DNA of 64,000 nt from Longimicrobiales bacterium (GCA_965249725.1 OZ252251.1:128001-192000); one strand, 5' to 3'; positions 47,272 through 57,663 are shown, counted from the first letter of the stretch. Program-made: numbers and translations. The notes: generated by a model not told the origin, from the letters alone.

Positions 47272-47332
47272 TACGGGAATTCCCGTAGCAATATTGGTGT
47301 CGGCCGCATGGTTGTCAACGGGGAAACCCGTA
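47272..47332 (-). promoter_or_regulatory. blaI-like promoter with two palindromic operators
   Basis: Minus-strand TTGACA-N17-AATATT; perfect palindrome TACGGGAATTCCCGTA (47272-47287) and variant AACGGGGAAACCCGTA (47317-47332). Confidence 0.7.
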
Positions 47333-47389
47333 GATGGGACTTGCGGCCCACGAACTCGAGGCGGCGGCGTAACACGGGCAGATCCGGCC

Positions 47390-47405
47390 TGTTCCACGTG
47401 AAACA
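47390..47405. other. parS site 1
   Basis: TGTTCCACGTGAAACA matches the chromosomal parS consensus. Confidence 0.92.
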
Positions 47406-47414
47406 CCCGCATTC

Positions 47415-47430
47415 TGTTTCACGTGGAACA
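47415..47430. other. parS site 2
   Basis: TGTTTCACGTGGAACA. Confidence 0.92.
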
Positions 47431-47456
47431 GCAAGCAACTACGGGTAAGTGGGGTC

Positions 47457-47945
47457 CTACCGGGGCACCAACACGGTTCGAAGGGTCGCCGCCTCGGTCG
47501 TGCCGTCGAGATTGAAGTCGAAGTTTGTGCCTCCGGAGAAGATCACGGAGTTGCCTTCCCGCTCCCAAGCAGCTCGGGACTCACCCGACGTGGGGAGCTC
47601 CCGGTTGAACACGATCTCCGATCCTTCGACCGTAAGCATCCCGGACTCACTCGATGATTGGCCGTATCCCGAGAGAATGGCGGTGTATCGGCCCGACGGC
47701 TGCACGTTCAGGGTGAACGCGGCATTGAGGGGGGGTGCGACGATGTCGGGCGAGACCTCGGGGTTGATCAGGCTTGTGACCACCATGGATTCGGCGATCC
47801 AATTCCCGACCATGAAATCCGGGCCGAACTGAGGGCTTACCAGGTTGCTGGTGTCACCGCCACCGCCGCATCCCAACGCGAGAAAAGCCAGCCACAAAGC
47901 GGTTGATCGGGCAGCGGCACGACAGTTGCGGATCATGTCAGACAC
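47457..47945 (-). CDS. Lipoprotein, possibly lipocalin-like
   Basis: Lipobox LALGC; MVGNW motif; beta-rich sequence. Confidence 0.6.
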   Translation of the reverse strand: MSDMIRNCRAAARSTALWLAFLALGCGGGGDTSNLVSPQFGPDFMVGNWIAESMVVTSLINPEVSPDIVAPPLNAAFTLNVQPSGRYTAILSGYGQSSSESGMLTVEGSEIVFNRELPTSGESRAAWEREGNSVIFSGGTNFDFNLDGTTEAATLRTVLVPR

Positions 47946-48050
47946 TCAGCCTCATAGCGAATCTCAGGGAGGAGACTGCCCATGTCTCGGGCCCCTCAAG
48001 GCCCTGAATCTATCATCCGTCGGGCGCCTGCGGAACCAGTGCAGCCTTGC

Positions 48051-48079
48051 TTTACCGTGTGTCTCGCAGGCCGTATATT
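48051..48079 (+). promoter_or_regulatory. Candidate parAB promoter
   Basis: TTTACC-N17-TATATT. Confidence 0.5.
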
Positions 48080-48119
48080 CCCGACCTCACCGAAGGATTC
48101 ACATCCCAACGGTCCGTGC

Positions 48120-48899
48120 ATGTCACGCGTCATCGCAATCGCCAACCAAAAAGGCGGGGTCGGTAAGACCACCACCGCAATCAACCTCGGCGCCTCGCTG
48201 GCCGTAGCCGAGTGTCGTACGCTGGTCATCGACATGGATCCCCAGGGAAATGCCAGTAGCGGCCTAGGTATTTCGGCCGGTCCAGACCTCCTCACGATCT
48301 ATGACGTCCTCATCGGCGGACGCGAGGCTGAGGAGGCCATTATCAAGTCGGTGCAGTTCCCTTTCTTGGATCTGATGCCGAGCACGCGCGATTTGGTGGG
48401 GGCGGAAATCGAGCTCGTGGGAGCTCTGAGTCGGGAGACCATCCTCCGACGAGCCTTGGAGTCGATTCGCGAGGAGTATGACTACATCCTCGTGGATTGC
48501 CCCCCTTCCCTGGGCTTGTTGACGCTCAATACGTTGACGGCGGCGGATTCCGTGTTGATCCCGATACAATGCGAATTCTACGCTCTCGAGGGCCTGAGTC
48601 AGCTTCTGAACACCGTGCGGCTCGTTCAGCGGGCCCTGAATCCCGCTCTCGAGATCGAAGGTGTTCTTCTCACGATGTTCGATCGCCGCCTGAATCTGTC
48701 CCGCCAGGTCGCCGCCGAGGCCCGTGAGTATTTCCAGGATCGTGTGTATCGCACTGCCATCCCCCGTAACGTCCGATTGGCCGAGGCCCCGTCGTTCGGT
48801 CAGCCCATCGTGCAGTACGACGTGCTGTCACAAGGAGCCCAGAGCTATCTGGCTCTCGCGAAAGAGCTCCTGGTCGGGCGCGGGCCGGCAGCGGCGTAG
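48120..48899 (+). CDS. parA: Chromosome partitioning ATPase ParA/Soj
   Basis: NQKGGVGKTTT, DMDPQGNA, DCPPSLG. Confidence 0.96.
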   Translation: MSRVIAIANQKGGVGKTTTAINLGASLAVAECRTLVIDMDPQGNASSGLGISAGPDLLTIYDVLIGGREAEEAIIKSVQFPFLDLMPSTRDLVGAEIELVGALSRETILRRALESIREEYDYILVDCPPSLGLLTLNTLTAADSVLIPIQCEFYALEGLSQLLNTVRLVQRALNPALEIEGVLLTMFDRRLNLSRQVAAEAREYFQDRVYRTAIPRNVRLAEAPSFGQPIVQYDVLSQGAQSYLALAKELLVGRGPAAA

Positions 48900-48938
48900 A
48901 GTCGTGTCAGTCGTTCATCCATTGGAGGCCCAAGGCCA

Positions 48939-49835
48939 GTGACTCCCCCCGTGAAGAAGGACCGGTTGGGCAAAGGCCTCGGGGCCCTGCTCGGCGACTA
49001 CATGGATCCTGCGGTCACCGGTGCCGAGGCGCCTCGCTTGCCTGTGTCGGCCATCGTCCCCAATCCCAAGCAGCCCCGGCGGACGTTCTCCGACAGCGAT
49101 CTCGAGGACCTGGCGCGATCCATCGACGAGAACGGGCTTCTCCAGCCTCTGTTGGTCCGCCCTGCCCCGGGCATACCGGATCGGTACGAACTGGTCGCCG
49201 GTGAGCGCCGTCTTCGCGCAGTTCGGAGCTTGGGCTGGGACGATGTGCCTGCTCTCACGCGCCAGGTCGATGATGACACGCTCCTGGTGTTGGCGCTCGT
49301 CGAGAACCTCCAGCGCGAGGCCCTGAACCCCATCGAAGAGGCCGAGGGCTACCAGGCATTGGAGGCGCAACACGGTTTGAACCACGGTGCGATCGCCAAG
49401 TCCGTCGGGAAGAGCCGATCGACCGTGGCGAACATGCTCCGCCTGCTCCAACTCCCCGTATCCGTGCGCAAGTTGGTGGAGAAAGGGGATCTGGCCACCG
49501 GTCACGCCCGCGCGTTGCTGGCCGTCAGCGACCCCATCCAATTGGCTGAGCTCGCTCGCCGGACCGTCGAATCGGGCTGGTCGGTGCGAGAGGTGGAGCG
49601 GCGTGTGCGGAGGGGTCCGCCGAAGAAGAAATCCGGACCTCGGTCCACCGAGGCGCGGGATCCCGTAGTTCGGGCGCTCGAGGAGGAGCTTCGCTCGGCC
49701 CTGGCCACGAAGGCTCATGTCCGACAGGGTTCGGCGGGAACGGGGGTCATCGAGATTCCGTACCGGAATGCAGAGGACTTCGAGCGTGTCTTCGAGGTCA
49801 TTACCGGGCGTGACGCGTCCGAGGTTGTGTCTTGA
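48939..49835 (+). CDS. parB: Chromosome partitioning protein ParB/Spo0J
   Basis: LGKGLGAL, AGERRLRA, ENLQRE, HTH. Confidence 0.96.
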   Translation: MTPPVKKDRLGKGLGALLGDYMDPAVTGAEAPRLPVSAIVPNPKQPRRTFSDSDLEDLARSIDENGLLQPLLVRPAPGIPDRYELVAGERRLRAVRSLGWDDVPALTRQVDDDTLLVLALVENLQREALNPIEEAEGYQALEAQHGLNHGAIAKSVGKSRSTVANMLRLLQLPVSVRKLVEKGDLATGHARALLAVSDPIQLAELARRTVESGWSVREVERRVRRGPPKKKSGPRSTEARDPVVRALEEELRSALATKAHVRQGSAGTGVIEIPYRNAEDFERVFEVITGRDASEVVS

Positions 49836-50590
49836 GTGATCGTCTCCTGAGGATCGTCCTCATTCCCGACTCCGCCGAGAGTCGTTCTTACAAGATCGGT
49901 TACCGTCGGCTTCGGATCCTCAGGGGTCTGGCCATCGGGCTCGGCGTCATCCTTCTCTTTGTGGTCGCCACGTGGGCCTATATGGCGGCTCGGGTCTCTC
50001 ATGTGGTCGAACTCGAAGCGCAGGTTGCGGCCCTGCAGGCCGAGCGGGCCCGCTTTCCGGCTCTCATTCGGCAGATCAACGCCTTGGAGGAGCAGTACGA
50101 GGGCCTCCGTGCGCTGTTCGCACCGGATGGAGCCGGTGCGCCGTCGGAGCTCTGGCTACCTCCCCCGGCCTCCTTGAGTCGATCGTCAGCCCGAGACGAG
50201 AGCGGTGCCGGGGTTCCCGACAGCTGGCCTCTGACGGAGCGTGGATTCGTCACGCAGGGGCTGTTGGATGACCAAGGGCGAGCCCATCCGGGACTGGACA
50301 TCGCGATCCCCACGGGGTCATATATTCGAGCCGCCGGCGCGGGCCAGGTACTCGACGTGGGTGAGGATGCCACGTATGGGTTGTATGTTCGTTTAGGACA
50401 TGGAAACGGATACGAGACCCTCTACGCTCATGCCTCGGTCACGGCGGTGGAGCTTGGAGAGGACGTTCGGAAAAACGAAGTGATCGCGTTCAGCGGATCG
50501 ACAGGACGGTCGACCGCTCCGCACCTCCACTTCGAAATCCTGCTCGAGGGAGCGGCGGTTGATCCCCTCGAGTTGGTTCAACAGCCTTAG
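49832..50590 (+). CDS. M23 family peptidoglycan endopeptidase
   Basis: TM plus coiled coil; HPGLD, YAH, PHLHFE. Confidence 0.92.
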   Translation: MSDRLLRIVLIPDSAESRSYKIGYRRLRILRGLAIGLGVILLFVVATWAYMAARVSHVVELEAQVAALQAERARFPALIRQINALEEQYEGLRALFAPDGAGAPSELWLPPPASLSRSSARDESGAGVPDSWPLTERGFVTQGLLDDQGRAHPGLDIAIPTGSYIRAAGAGQVLDVGEDATYGLYVRLGHGNGYETLYAHASVTAVELGEDVRKNEVIAFSGSTGRSTAPHLHFEILLEGAAVDPLELVQQP

Positions 50591-50613
50591 AATCAGCCAG
50601 GAGAGCGGGCGTT

Positions 50614-51393
50614 ATGGCCAAGAACGACAGGAACAACAACCACACCACAGCCCCCGAGGCGGTCATCTCCATCATCGGGGTGGGCATGACGCTGACCGGC
50701 GATTGTGAGACGGATGGCGCGCTCCGGATCGAGGGTACCGTCCAGGGTAACGTTCGGGCCGGAAAGGCTGTCGTCATCGGCAAGGAGGGACTCGTCGATG
50801 GTAACATCTACACTCAGGACGCCGTTATCTCAGGTCGGGTGCTGGGGTCGGTTCACGCCCAGTCGCGACTCGAGCTGCAGTCCACCAGTCAGATTTCGGG
50901 CGAGATCGAGGCGCTGCGGATGCAGCTCGAGGAGGGTGCTTCGGTCCAGGGGAAGGTCGCCGTAGGCGAGGCCCAGCCCGAGGCCAGACCGGCGGTCGCC
51001 ACTCCGAGAGCGTCGGAGGGTGGGGTCGGAGGCCAGGGAGCCCCTGGGCCTTCAACCGCTGGGGCTTCAACCGTTGGGGTTTCAGGCGGTGTGACCCACG
51101 GGGGCGGTTCTGCAGTGTCAGCGTCTCCGGCCCGGTCAGCGCCGTCGGGCCCTGGGGCTTCAACCGCTGGGGCTTCGACCGCTGGGGCCGTGCCCTCGTC
51201 GCCCTCTCAGGCGTCGCCCCAGACAGCGCCGCAGACGTCACCCGGACCGGGTCCGTCCCAGTCTGGACCGGCTCAAAGACCGGCTCAAGGACCGGCTCAA
51301 GGACCGGCTCAAGGACCGGCTCAAGGACCGGCTCAAGGCGAGGGTCGTTCGGCTCAGGTGCCGCCGTCCCCTCCGATCACTCGACCCACGTAG
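50614..51393 (+). CDS. Bactofilin with long low-complexity C-terminal tail
   Basis: SIIGVGMTLTGD...LRIEGTVQG beta-helix; G/P/A/S/Q-rich tail. Confidence 0.9.
   Translation: MAKNDRNNNHTTAPEAVISIIGVGMTLTGDCETDGALRIEGTVQGNVRAGKAVVIGKEGLVDGNIYTQDAVISGRVLGSVHAQSRLELQSTSQISGEIEALRMQLEEGASVQGKVAVGEAQPEARPAVATPRASEGGVGGQGAPGPSTAGASTVGVSGGVTHGGGSAVSASPARSAPSGPGASTAGASTAGAVPSSPSQASPQTAPQTSPGPGPSQSGPAQRPAQGPAQGPAQGPAQGPAQGEGRSAQVPPSPPITRPT
51265..51338. repeat. 12-bp tandem repeat x6 (GPAQ)
   Basis: ggaccggctcaa units. Confidence 0.95.
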
Positions 51394-51523
51394 CTTTCCC
51401 ACAATGGTGGATATTCAAGTTATGTCGGTGGGGCACAATGGGTTACGGTAGCCTAACGTCACCCGGCACACCTTTGAATGGAGCCAACCACGGCACTTTT
51501 CCACATTGTGAAGACCTCCATAC

Positions 51524-52276
51524 ATGAAATTAGAATCTTTGCTCCAATACCTGGCGGAGTACCTGGAGGTGGAAGGGTTTCCGGATCACGCTTTGGCCCA
51601 CAACGGGTTGCAGGTGGAGGGGCCGACCGAAATCGAGCGTTTGGCCGTGGCCGTGGATGCCAGCGAGGCCGTGATCGTCCAAGCGGTGGAAGCCGGCGTG
51701 GACCTGCTCATTGTGCACCATGGTCTCTTCTGGGATGGGCAGACCCCGATCACGGGGCGCAGGTTCAGGAAGGTACGCTCGCTCATCCAGGGCGGGACCG
51801 CCCTCTACGGTTGCCATCTACCGCTCGACGCCCACGTCGAGGTCGGTAACTGCGCCGTCTTGTGCAAAGAGATGGGTTGGGAGCCCGCCGGGCGCTTCGG
51901 AGGCGAGGAGGGGCGTGAGATCGGCTGGTGGTGCGAGGTCGACGTCGACCGGGAGGCCTTGGTCACGCGGGTTTCAGAGGTGGTGGGCGGCCCCGTTCGT
52001 CTCATCCCTGGGGGCCCCGAACACGTCTATCGAATCGGGGTGGTCACCGGCGCTGCTGCGAGCCTGATTCCCGATGCCGCTGAGTTCGGTTTGGATGCAC
52101 TCCTGACCGGGGAAGGGTCTCACCACACCTTCAACGACGCCATGGAGTACGGGGTAAACACCCTATACGCGGGCCACTACGCGACGGAGACATGGGGTGT
52201 GAAGGCCCTCGGCGCCCACCTCGAGGAGCGTTTCGGTCTCACCTGGCAGTTCATCGACGCGCCTACGTGTCTCTGA
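51524..52276 (+). CDS. Nif3-like dinuclear metal center protein
   Basis: NGLQVEG, VHHGLFW, HLPLDAH, GHYATE. Confidence 0.93.
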   Translation: MKLESLLQYLAEYLEVEGFPDHALAHNGLQVEGPTEIERLAVAVDASEAVIVQAVEAGVDLLIVHHGLFWDGQTPITGRRFRKVRSLIQGGTALYGCHLPLDAHVEVGNCAVLCKEMGWEPAGRFGGEEGREIGWWCEVDVDREALVTRVSEVVGGPVRLIPGGPEHVYRIGVVTGAAASLIPDAAEFGLDALLTGEGSHHTFNDAMEYGVNTLYAGHYATETWGVKALGAHLEERFGLTWQFIDAPTCL

Positions 52277-52297
52277 CGCGCCGACGGGTCTCTGACT

Positions 52298-54430
52298 CTA
52301 AAACAGTCCGTCGAAGTAGATGTGCAGCCGAGTCCCGTCTCCACCTTTGAGGACGTGGGCCAGGTCGAATCGTACGAGGCCATCGAGCAGCGAAGCACCG
52401 ATCCCCGCCGATGACGCGTACCCCTCCGTGTCGAATCGCTCCTCGGGGCCGACCCAGGCGAAATCGGCGAAGCCCACGACCCGGACCGCCGGGAAGTTGG
52501 TCGCGACCTCGGCCCTTCCGAACCAGAATGCCGTCCCTGTCAGATCCCCGGTGTACATGCCCCGGAAGGTCTCCGGTCCTCCGAGATAGAAGTGCCGTTG
52601 GACGGGGGTGTCTTCGGCTGCCATGCCGATGCCGCCCTCGACGGCTCCGACCAGGTCGAACGGCAGCGGGTGGGACAGTGTGCCGCTGGCCAGCCAGCGC
52701 CAATACTCGATATCGCCTGTCCTATCCCGAAGGTCACCAGCTCCGCCCTCGAGCACGACACGGCCCGAGAGCATGAGCGCGGCGGGATCGACACCGCGAT
52801 GCCCGCGGAGCCCCACCTCTCCCCCGTACACGGAACCCTCGACTGCCGAGATGTTCTCCGGCATGTGGTCGTCGGGCCCGATCGCGCGCTGGAGGTAGAA
52901 GTCGGTTCCCTTGGACACGGCACGATGCTCCTCGAAGAACAACCTCATCGTCCTTCGCGACGAACGCCCTGACGACACGAGGCTGAGCTCCGCTCCGAAC
53001 GCGTCGAAAAAGGCACCCTGGTCATGGCCCCCCAACAGGTTGTTGAAGGACCGAGTAAACTCGAGAGGCCGTGCCCCGTCCGAACCGTAGTCGAGCCGTC
53101 GGTAGGCGGATATGGCCCATCCCCGGTCGGGCTCGCCGCGGTACACGGTGACCTCTCCTCTCGGCTCCCAGTCTGCGGTACCGATCCGTCCCTCCGCGCG
53201 TACGCTGAAGCGACTCGGAAGGGGTAGGGTGCCTGACGTACCGAGGCTCAGCCCCTCGATGCGGTTGTAACGGGCCATCCCTTCGCGGAGGCCCCAGGCC
53301 CATTCGGGGCCGGGTCGAGCCTGCGATGGCAGCAGGTCTTCGAGTTCGCCCTTGAGCTCGTCGATCTCACTGTCACTGAAGGCTGCGGGAGCGCGATCTA
53401 CGGTGGCCTCCGACAGCTCGGGAGAGTTGACGATCGAGTCGGTGGGCGGCATGAGGATGGTCACGTAGCTGACCTGCCCGTCCCGATCCCTTCGGTGCTC
53501 GCCTCGGGTCCACCCGGGGGGGAGAGGCCCGACGATGGGCAGTTCCGATTCCTCTTCATTCACAATGTACCCGCCCACGGTCCACTCCACCGTCAGCGGG
53601 ATCTCGAGAAACCGCCCAAGGGTGGCCTCGCCCTCTAACGCAAAGCGCCGCGGGAGCCAGTAGCGGAGTTCGTGGAGGCTGTACTCCACGGTGACGTACT
53701 CGATTTCGGCCGTGATGGGCTTTAGAAGGCCCGGCACCTCCTCTGCGTCCTCCGGCTCCATGAGGTCGAGGTCGAACGGTCGCGCGGGCTTGTAGCTCGC
53801 ACGGACCAGACTACCCGAGTCCTGATCGAACCAGAGCGAGCCGGCCACCAGGTGTATGTCCGGCCGTCGTGGCTCGACCTGTACCTCGATCATCGTGAGC
53901 CGACGATCCGGGAGCGACAGGCGTAGGGTGTCGCCCGAGCCGAATCGATAGTGCAGCGCGGCCGAATCGGAGAGAGGATGGAGCACCCACTCGTCCCCGA
54001 AGAGCATGCGGTCGTCCCAGGGATCGAACTCCAGCGCTGCGGGCGGCTCGTCCATGAGGTCGTCACCGATGTCTTCGTTGATCTCGGCCTGCATCTCGGG
54101 GCTGTTTCCGACCAGGGGCACCTGATAGCGCGCGCCGATCCACTCGATGTACCGGTCGCCACCCCTCTCCCAGCGTATCCGGGCCACCCGCTCTCCGTCG
54201 AAGAGGCCCCGTTCGCGGCGGAAGCGCGTCACGTTCAGGCCCACGTAGATCCTCTCGCGGGCCAGCCCCTCGTAGCTGAGAATCCCCTCCATGTCCCTGG
54301 TGCGGGCCGCCGCGGCGCTGGCCAGAATCGTCTGAACTCCCTGGTCCTTGTAGGTGTCCTGCGGCACGGTAGGGGGTGTGGAAACCTGGAGAGAGGCCGC
54401 CACGAGCAAGGGGCCGAGCGTGGTAATCAT
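52298..54430 (-). CDS. Outer-membrane protein with C-terminal Omp85/TamA-like barrel
   Basis: RYNRIEGL, FYLGGPETFRG, terminal YFDGLF. Confidence 0.65.
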   Translation of the reverse strand: MITTLGPLLVAASLQVSTPPTVPQDTYKDQGVQTILASAAAARTRDMEGILSYEGLARERIYVGLNVTRFRRERGLFDGERVARIRWERGGDRYIEWIGARYQVPLVGNSPEMQAEINEDIGDDLMDEPPAALEFDPWDDRMLFGDEWVLHPLSDSAALHYRFGSGDTLRLSLPDRRLTMIEVQVEPRRPDIHLVAGSLWFDQDSGSLVRASYKPARPFDLDLMEPEDAEEVPGLLKPITAEIEYVTVEYSLHELRYWLPRRFALEGEATLGRFLEIPLTVEWTVGGYIVNEEESELPIVGPLPPGWTRGEHRRDRDGQVSYVTILMPPTDSIVNSPELSEATVDRAPAAFSDSEIDELKGELEDLLPSQARPGPEWAWGLREGMARYNRIEGLSLGTSGTLPLPSRFSVRAEGRIGTADWEPRGEVTVYRGEPDRGWAISAYRRLDYGSDGARPLEFTRSFNNLLGGHDQGAFFDAFGAELSLVSSGRSSRRTMRLFFEEHRAVSKGTDFYLQRAIGPDDHMPENISAVEGSVYGGEVGLRGHRGVDPAALMLSGRVVLEGGAGDLRDRTGDIEYWRWLASGTLSHPLPFDLVGAVEGGIGMAAEDTPVQRHFYLGGPETFRGMYTGDLTGTAFWFGRAEVATNFPAVRVVGFADFAWVGPEERFDTEGYASSAGIGASLLDGLVRFDLAHVLKGGDGTRLHIYFDGLF

Positions 54431-54527
54431 GGCGTCGAAAACGTCTCCTTCAGGGGAGGTTGCCCCCCGTATGGCTCGTAGATACGATCCCGGTGCATTC
54501 CGGCTGTACATCCTTGGAGGAAACGAT

Positions 54528-56876
54528 ATGTCCTACCGGTTCCTGACCGGCCCTGCCCTCTCCTTCGTCGCGGTGAGCCTCCTGGCGGCTCAGAGCGTAC
54601 CGACCCCCCGATCCTACTTCGGTTTCGCGATCGGCGACGAGCGAAAGATGGCGAATTGGACCCAACTTACTTCGTACTACGAGAAACTGGCGGAAACGAG
54701 TCAGCGCGTAGAAGTAGATACCCTCGGGGCGACCACGATGGGTCGTCCGTTCGTGATGCTCACCATCACGAGCGAGGAGAATCAGGCCCGGATCGACGAG
54801 CTCCATGCCATCCAGATGAAGCTCTCCGATCCTCGCCAGGTTTCCGGCGAGGACGAGCTCGCTCGCCTGCTCGACACGGGGCGGGCGGTCGTGCTCATCA
54901 CCCACGCTATTCACTCGACGGAAGTCGGGAGTGCCCAGACCGCAGCCCGGCTGGCTCATCGCCTCGCCTCTTCCGATGATCCGAAGGTGCGGGAGATTCT
55001 GGACAACGTCATCCTGCTGGACATCCCGTCTCTCAACCCCGATGGGACTGAGTGGGTCGTCGACTGGTACAACCAGTGGCTCGGCACCGAGTACGAGGCG
55101 GCGCCCATGCCCTGGCTGTACCACTACTACGTGGGGCACGACAACAACAGGGACTGGTACGCGTTCACTCAGAAGGAGACTCAGCACACCGTTCTGGGCG
55201 CCCACAACGTGTGGCATCCCCAGATCGTGCACGATGTCCACCAGATGGGCGGCAACGGTGCCCGCATCTTCTTCCCGCCGTACATCGATCCCATCGAGCA
55301 CAACGTGGATCCGGGCCTCGTCACGGCCGTCAACATGCTGGGCACCTATATGGCCGCCGAACTGACGTCTCAGGGCAAATCCGGAGTAGTCGTCGATGCC
55401 ATCTATGATGGCTTCACCCCGGCCCGTGCGTATCAGCACTACCATGGGGGAGCGCGCATTCTGTCCGAAACGGCCTCGGCTCAGCTCGCTACCACGGTGA
55501 ACATATCTCCGGATCGCGTCGGCGGCGGTCGGGGATACGATGCCGCGGTCGCCTCAGCCAACTACCCGGACCCATGGAGGGGCGGAGAGTGGGGTCTCCC
55601 TGATATCGTGGAGTATCAGGATGCGGGGGCCATGGCGCTCCTCAGCAATGCGGCCAAGAACCGTCGCTTCTGGCTCGAGAACTTCTACCGGGTCAACGAG
55701 CGGGCGGTGAACGGGTGGGACGAGTGGCCCAGTGCCTGGGTGCTCCCGGCCGACCAGGCCAATCCTGACGGCCTGGCATACGCTCTCCGTGTCCTCCGCA
55801 TGGGCGACGTCGAGGTCCACGAGGCGTCACGAGCGTTCCAAGGCGACGGGAACCGGTATCCCGCCGGGACCTACGTGATTCCCATGAATCAGCCTTATGC
55901 GTCGTTCGCTCAGACCATGCTCGAGGTGCAGCACTACCCGGACCTACGGGAGTATCCGGGCGGTCCTCCGCGGAGGCCCTACGATGTGACGGCGCATACG
56001 CTGCCGCTCCTCTTGAACATAGAGGCCGTGTCGGTCGAGAGCGTTCAGCCCGGATTGGAAGCCATCGTCGGGGGCGAGGCGATACCGACACCGGAGTTCT
56101 CGTTCAACCTGCCACCTGGGTTGGAGGGAGACGACGCACCGAGAATCGCCGTGTACAAGTCCCGGCAGGAGCCCATGGAAGGTGGATGGACTCGCTGGGT
56201 CTTCGACCAACACGGACTGCAGTACGACACCCTGGGAGATGCCCGGGCCAGGGAGGGTTCGCTCAGGAGGAACTACGACGTCATCGTCTTCCAGGACCAG
56301 AGCCCCACGTCGATCTCCCAGGGAATCTCGGCGGGGACTCTCCCCGAGCCTTACGTGGGAGGTCTCGGAGAGGAGGGCCTGAATGCGCTCGAGGCCTTCG
56401 TCAACGAGGGTGGCCGAATCGTGGCGATCGAGGCCGCGACGGAGCTCGTCGCGGACCTCTTCGACATCGGGATCTCGAACGCCGTTGAGCGTCTCGAGTC
56501 CCGTGAGTTTTACGTCCCCGGATCGATTCTGGAGCTGCAGTTGGACACCGATCATCCGTTGAACGATGGGATGGACGAGTCGGTCGCGGCTTGGTACTGG
56601 GGTAGCAGCCGGGCGTTCGACGTACAGGATCCCGAGGTTCGGGTCACCGCCCGCTACAGCGAGGGGAATCCCGTACGATCCGGATGGATTCTCGGACCGG
56701 AACACCTGGCCGGGAAAGCCGCCGCGGTCGAGGCGTCCGTAGGCGGGGGGTCCGTGGTGCTGATCGGCTTCCAACCCAACTATCGGGCCCAATCGATGTC
56801 CACGTGGCGAATGTTGTTCAATGCGATGAACCCGTCCGACGGCGAGAGGCCGCGCACAGACGGAGATGCTTCATGA
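54528..56876 (+). CDS. M14 zinc carboxypeptidase family protein
   Basis: Signal peptide; IHSTE, NPDG, DNNRD, DVHQMG. Confidence 0.88.
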   Translation: MSYRFLTGPALSFVAVSLLAAQSVPTPRSYFGFAIGDERKMANWTQLTSYYEKLAETSQRVEVDTLGATTMGRPFVMLTITSEENQARIDELHAIQMKLSDPRQVSGEDELARLLDTGRAVVLITHAIHSTEVGSAQTAARLAHRLASSDDPKVREILDNVILLDIPSLNPDGTEWVVDWYNQWLGTEYEAAPMPWLYHYYVGHDNNRDWYAFTQKETQHTVLGAHNVWHPQIVHDVHQMGGNGARIFFPPYIDPIEHNVDPGLVTAVNMLGTYMAAELTSQGKSGVVVDAIYDGFTPARAYQHYHGGARILSETASAQLATTVNISPDRVGGGRGYDAAVASANYPDPWRGGEWGLPDIVEYQDAGAMALLSNAAKNRRFWLENFYRVNERAVNGWDEWPSAWVLPADQANPDGLAYALRVLRMGDVEVHEASRAFQGDGNRYPAGTYVIPMNQPYASFAQTMLEVQHYPDLREYPGGPPRRPYDVTAHTLPLLLNIEAVSVESVQPGLEAIVGGEAIPTPEFSFNLPPGLEGDDAPRIAVYKSRQEPMEGGWTRWVFDQHGLQYDTLGDARAREGSLRRNYDVIVFQDQSPTSISQGISAGTLPEPYVGGLGEEGLNALEAFVNEGGRIVAIEAATELVADLFDIGISNAVERLESREFYVPGSILELQLDTDHPLNDGMDESVAAWYWGSSRAFDVQDPEVRVTARYSEGNPVRSGWILGPEHLAGKAAAVEASVGGGSVVLIGFQPNYRAQSMSTWRMLFNAMNPSDGERPRTDGDAS

Positions 56877-57658
56877 AGTGCACGAACTGCGGGTCGGAGG
56901 TGAGCGGCCGGTTCTGCTCGAGCTGCGGAGCCGCCCAAGGAGCCGCGAAGTGTCCGAAGTGCAGTCACGAATCGGCTCCGGGAGCTCGCTTCTGCAACCA
57001 GTGCGGCACCGCGATCGCCGGGGGAGGCGGAGGGGGCGGAGAAGCCGGACCGGCTGCGGCCGGGGGGGCACCAGCATCGGGTCCCGCCAACCAAGCGGTC
57101 TGGTACATGGCCGGAGCCCTCATGGTCGGCCTGATCCTGGTGGTAGCCTATCCGGTCTACGGACCGGGCCGTACGGCCCCGCCCCCGCCGCCGCCGCCGG
57201 CGCCGAACGCTGCGGCAATCGACCTCTCGACCATGTCGCCGCGGCAGGCTGCGGATCGGCTGTTCAACCGGGTCATGAGTGCTTCTTCGGCCGGAAACAT
57301 GGCAGAGGTGACCAACTTCCTGCCGATGGCCATCGGCGCCCATGAGTTGGTCGAAGATCTCGACGCGGACGGCAAGTTCCATCTGGTCCTGCTCCGGCTA
57401 CAGGGGTCGCTGAACGAGGACGCCCTGGCGTCGGCCGAGGAGATCCTGGCCGACCAGCCCGAGCACTTGTTGGGCCTGGCGGGAGCGGCCGACGCCTCCC
57501 TGGCGCTCGGGGACTCGGCCAGCGCACGCGCGTTCTACCAGCGCTGGCTGGATGCCTACGATGCCGAGATGGCCAAGGGCCTGTCGGAGTACAACGACCA
57601 CGGTGCTCTTCTCCCCACCATGCGGGCGACGGCCCAGGTGCTGATCGGGAACGACTGA
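56873..57658 (+). CDS. Double zinc-ribbon membrane protein with helical (TPR-like) C-terminus
   Basis: Four CxxC pairs, one TM segment, helical periplasmic part. Confidence 0.8.
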   Translation: MKCTNCGSEVSGRFCSSCGAAQGAAKCPKCSHESAPGARFCNQCGTAIAGGGGGGGEAGPAAAGGAPASGPANQAVWYMAGALMVGLILVVAYPVYGPGRTAPPPPPPPAPNAAAIDLSTMSPRQAADRLFNRVMSASSAGNMAEVTNFLPMAIGAHELVEDLDADGKFHLVLLRLQGSLNEDALASAEEILADQPEHLLGLAGAADASLALGDSASARAFYQRWLDAYDAEMAKGLSEYNDHGALLPTMRATAQVLIGND

Positions 57659-57663
57659 CCGGC

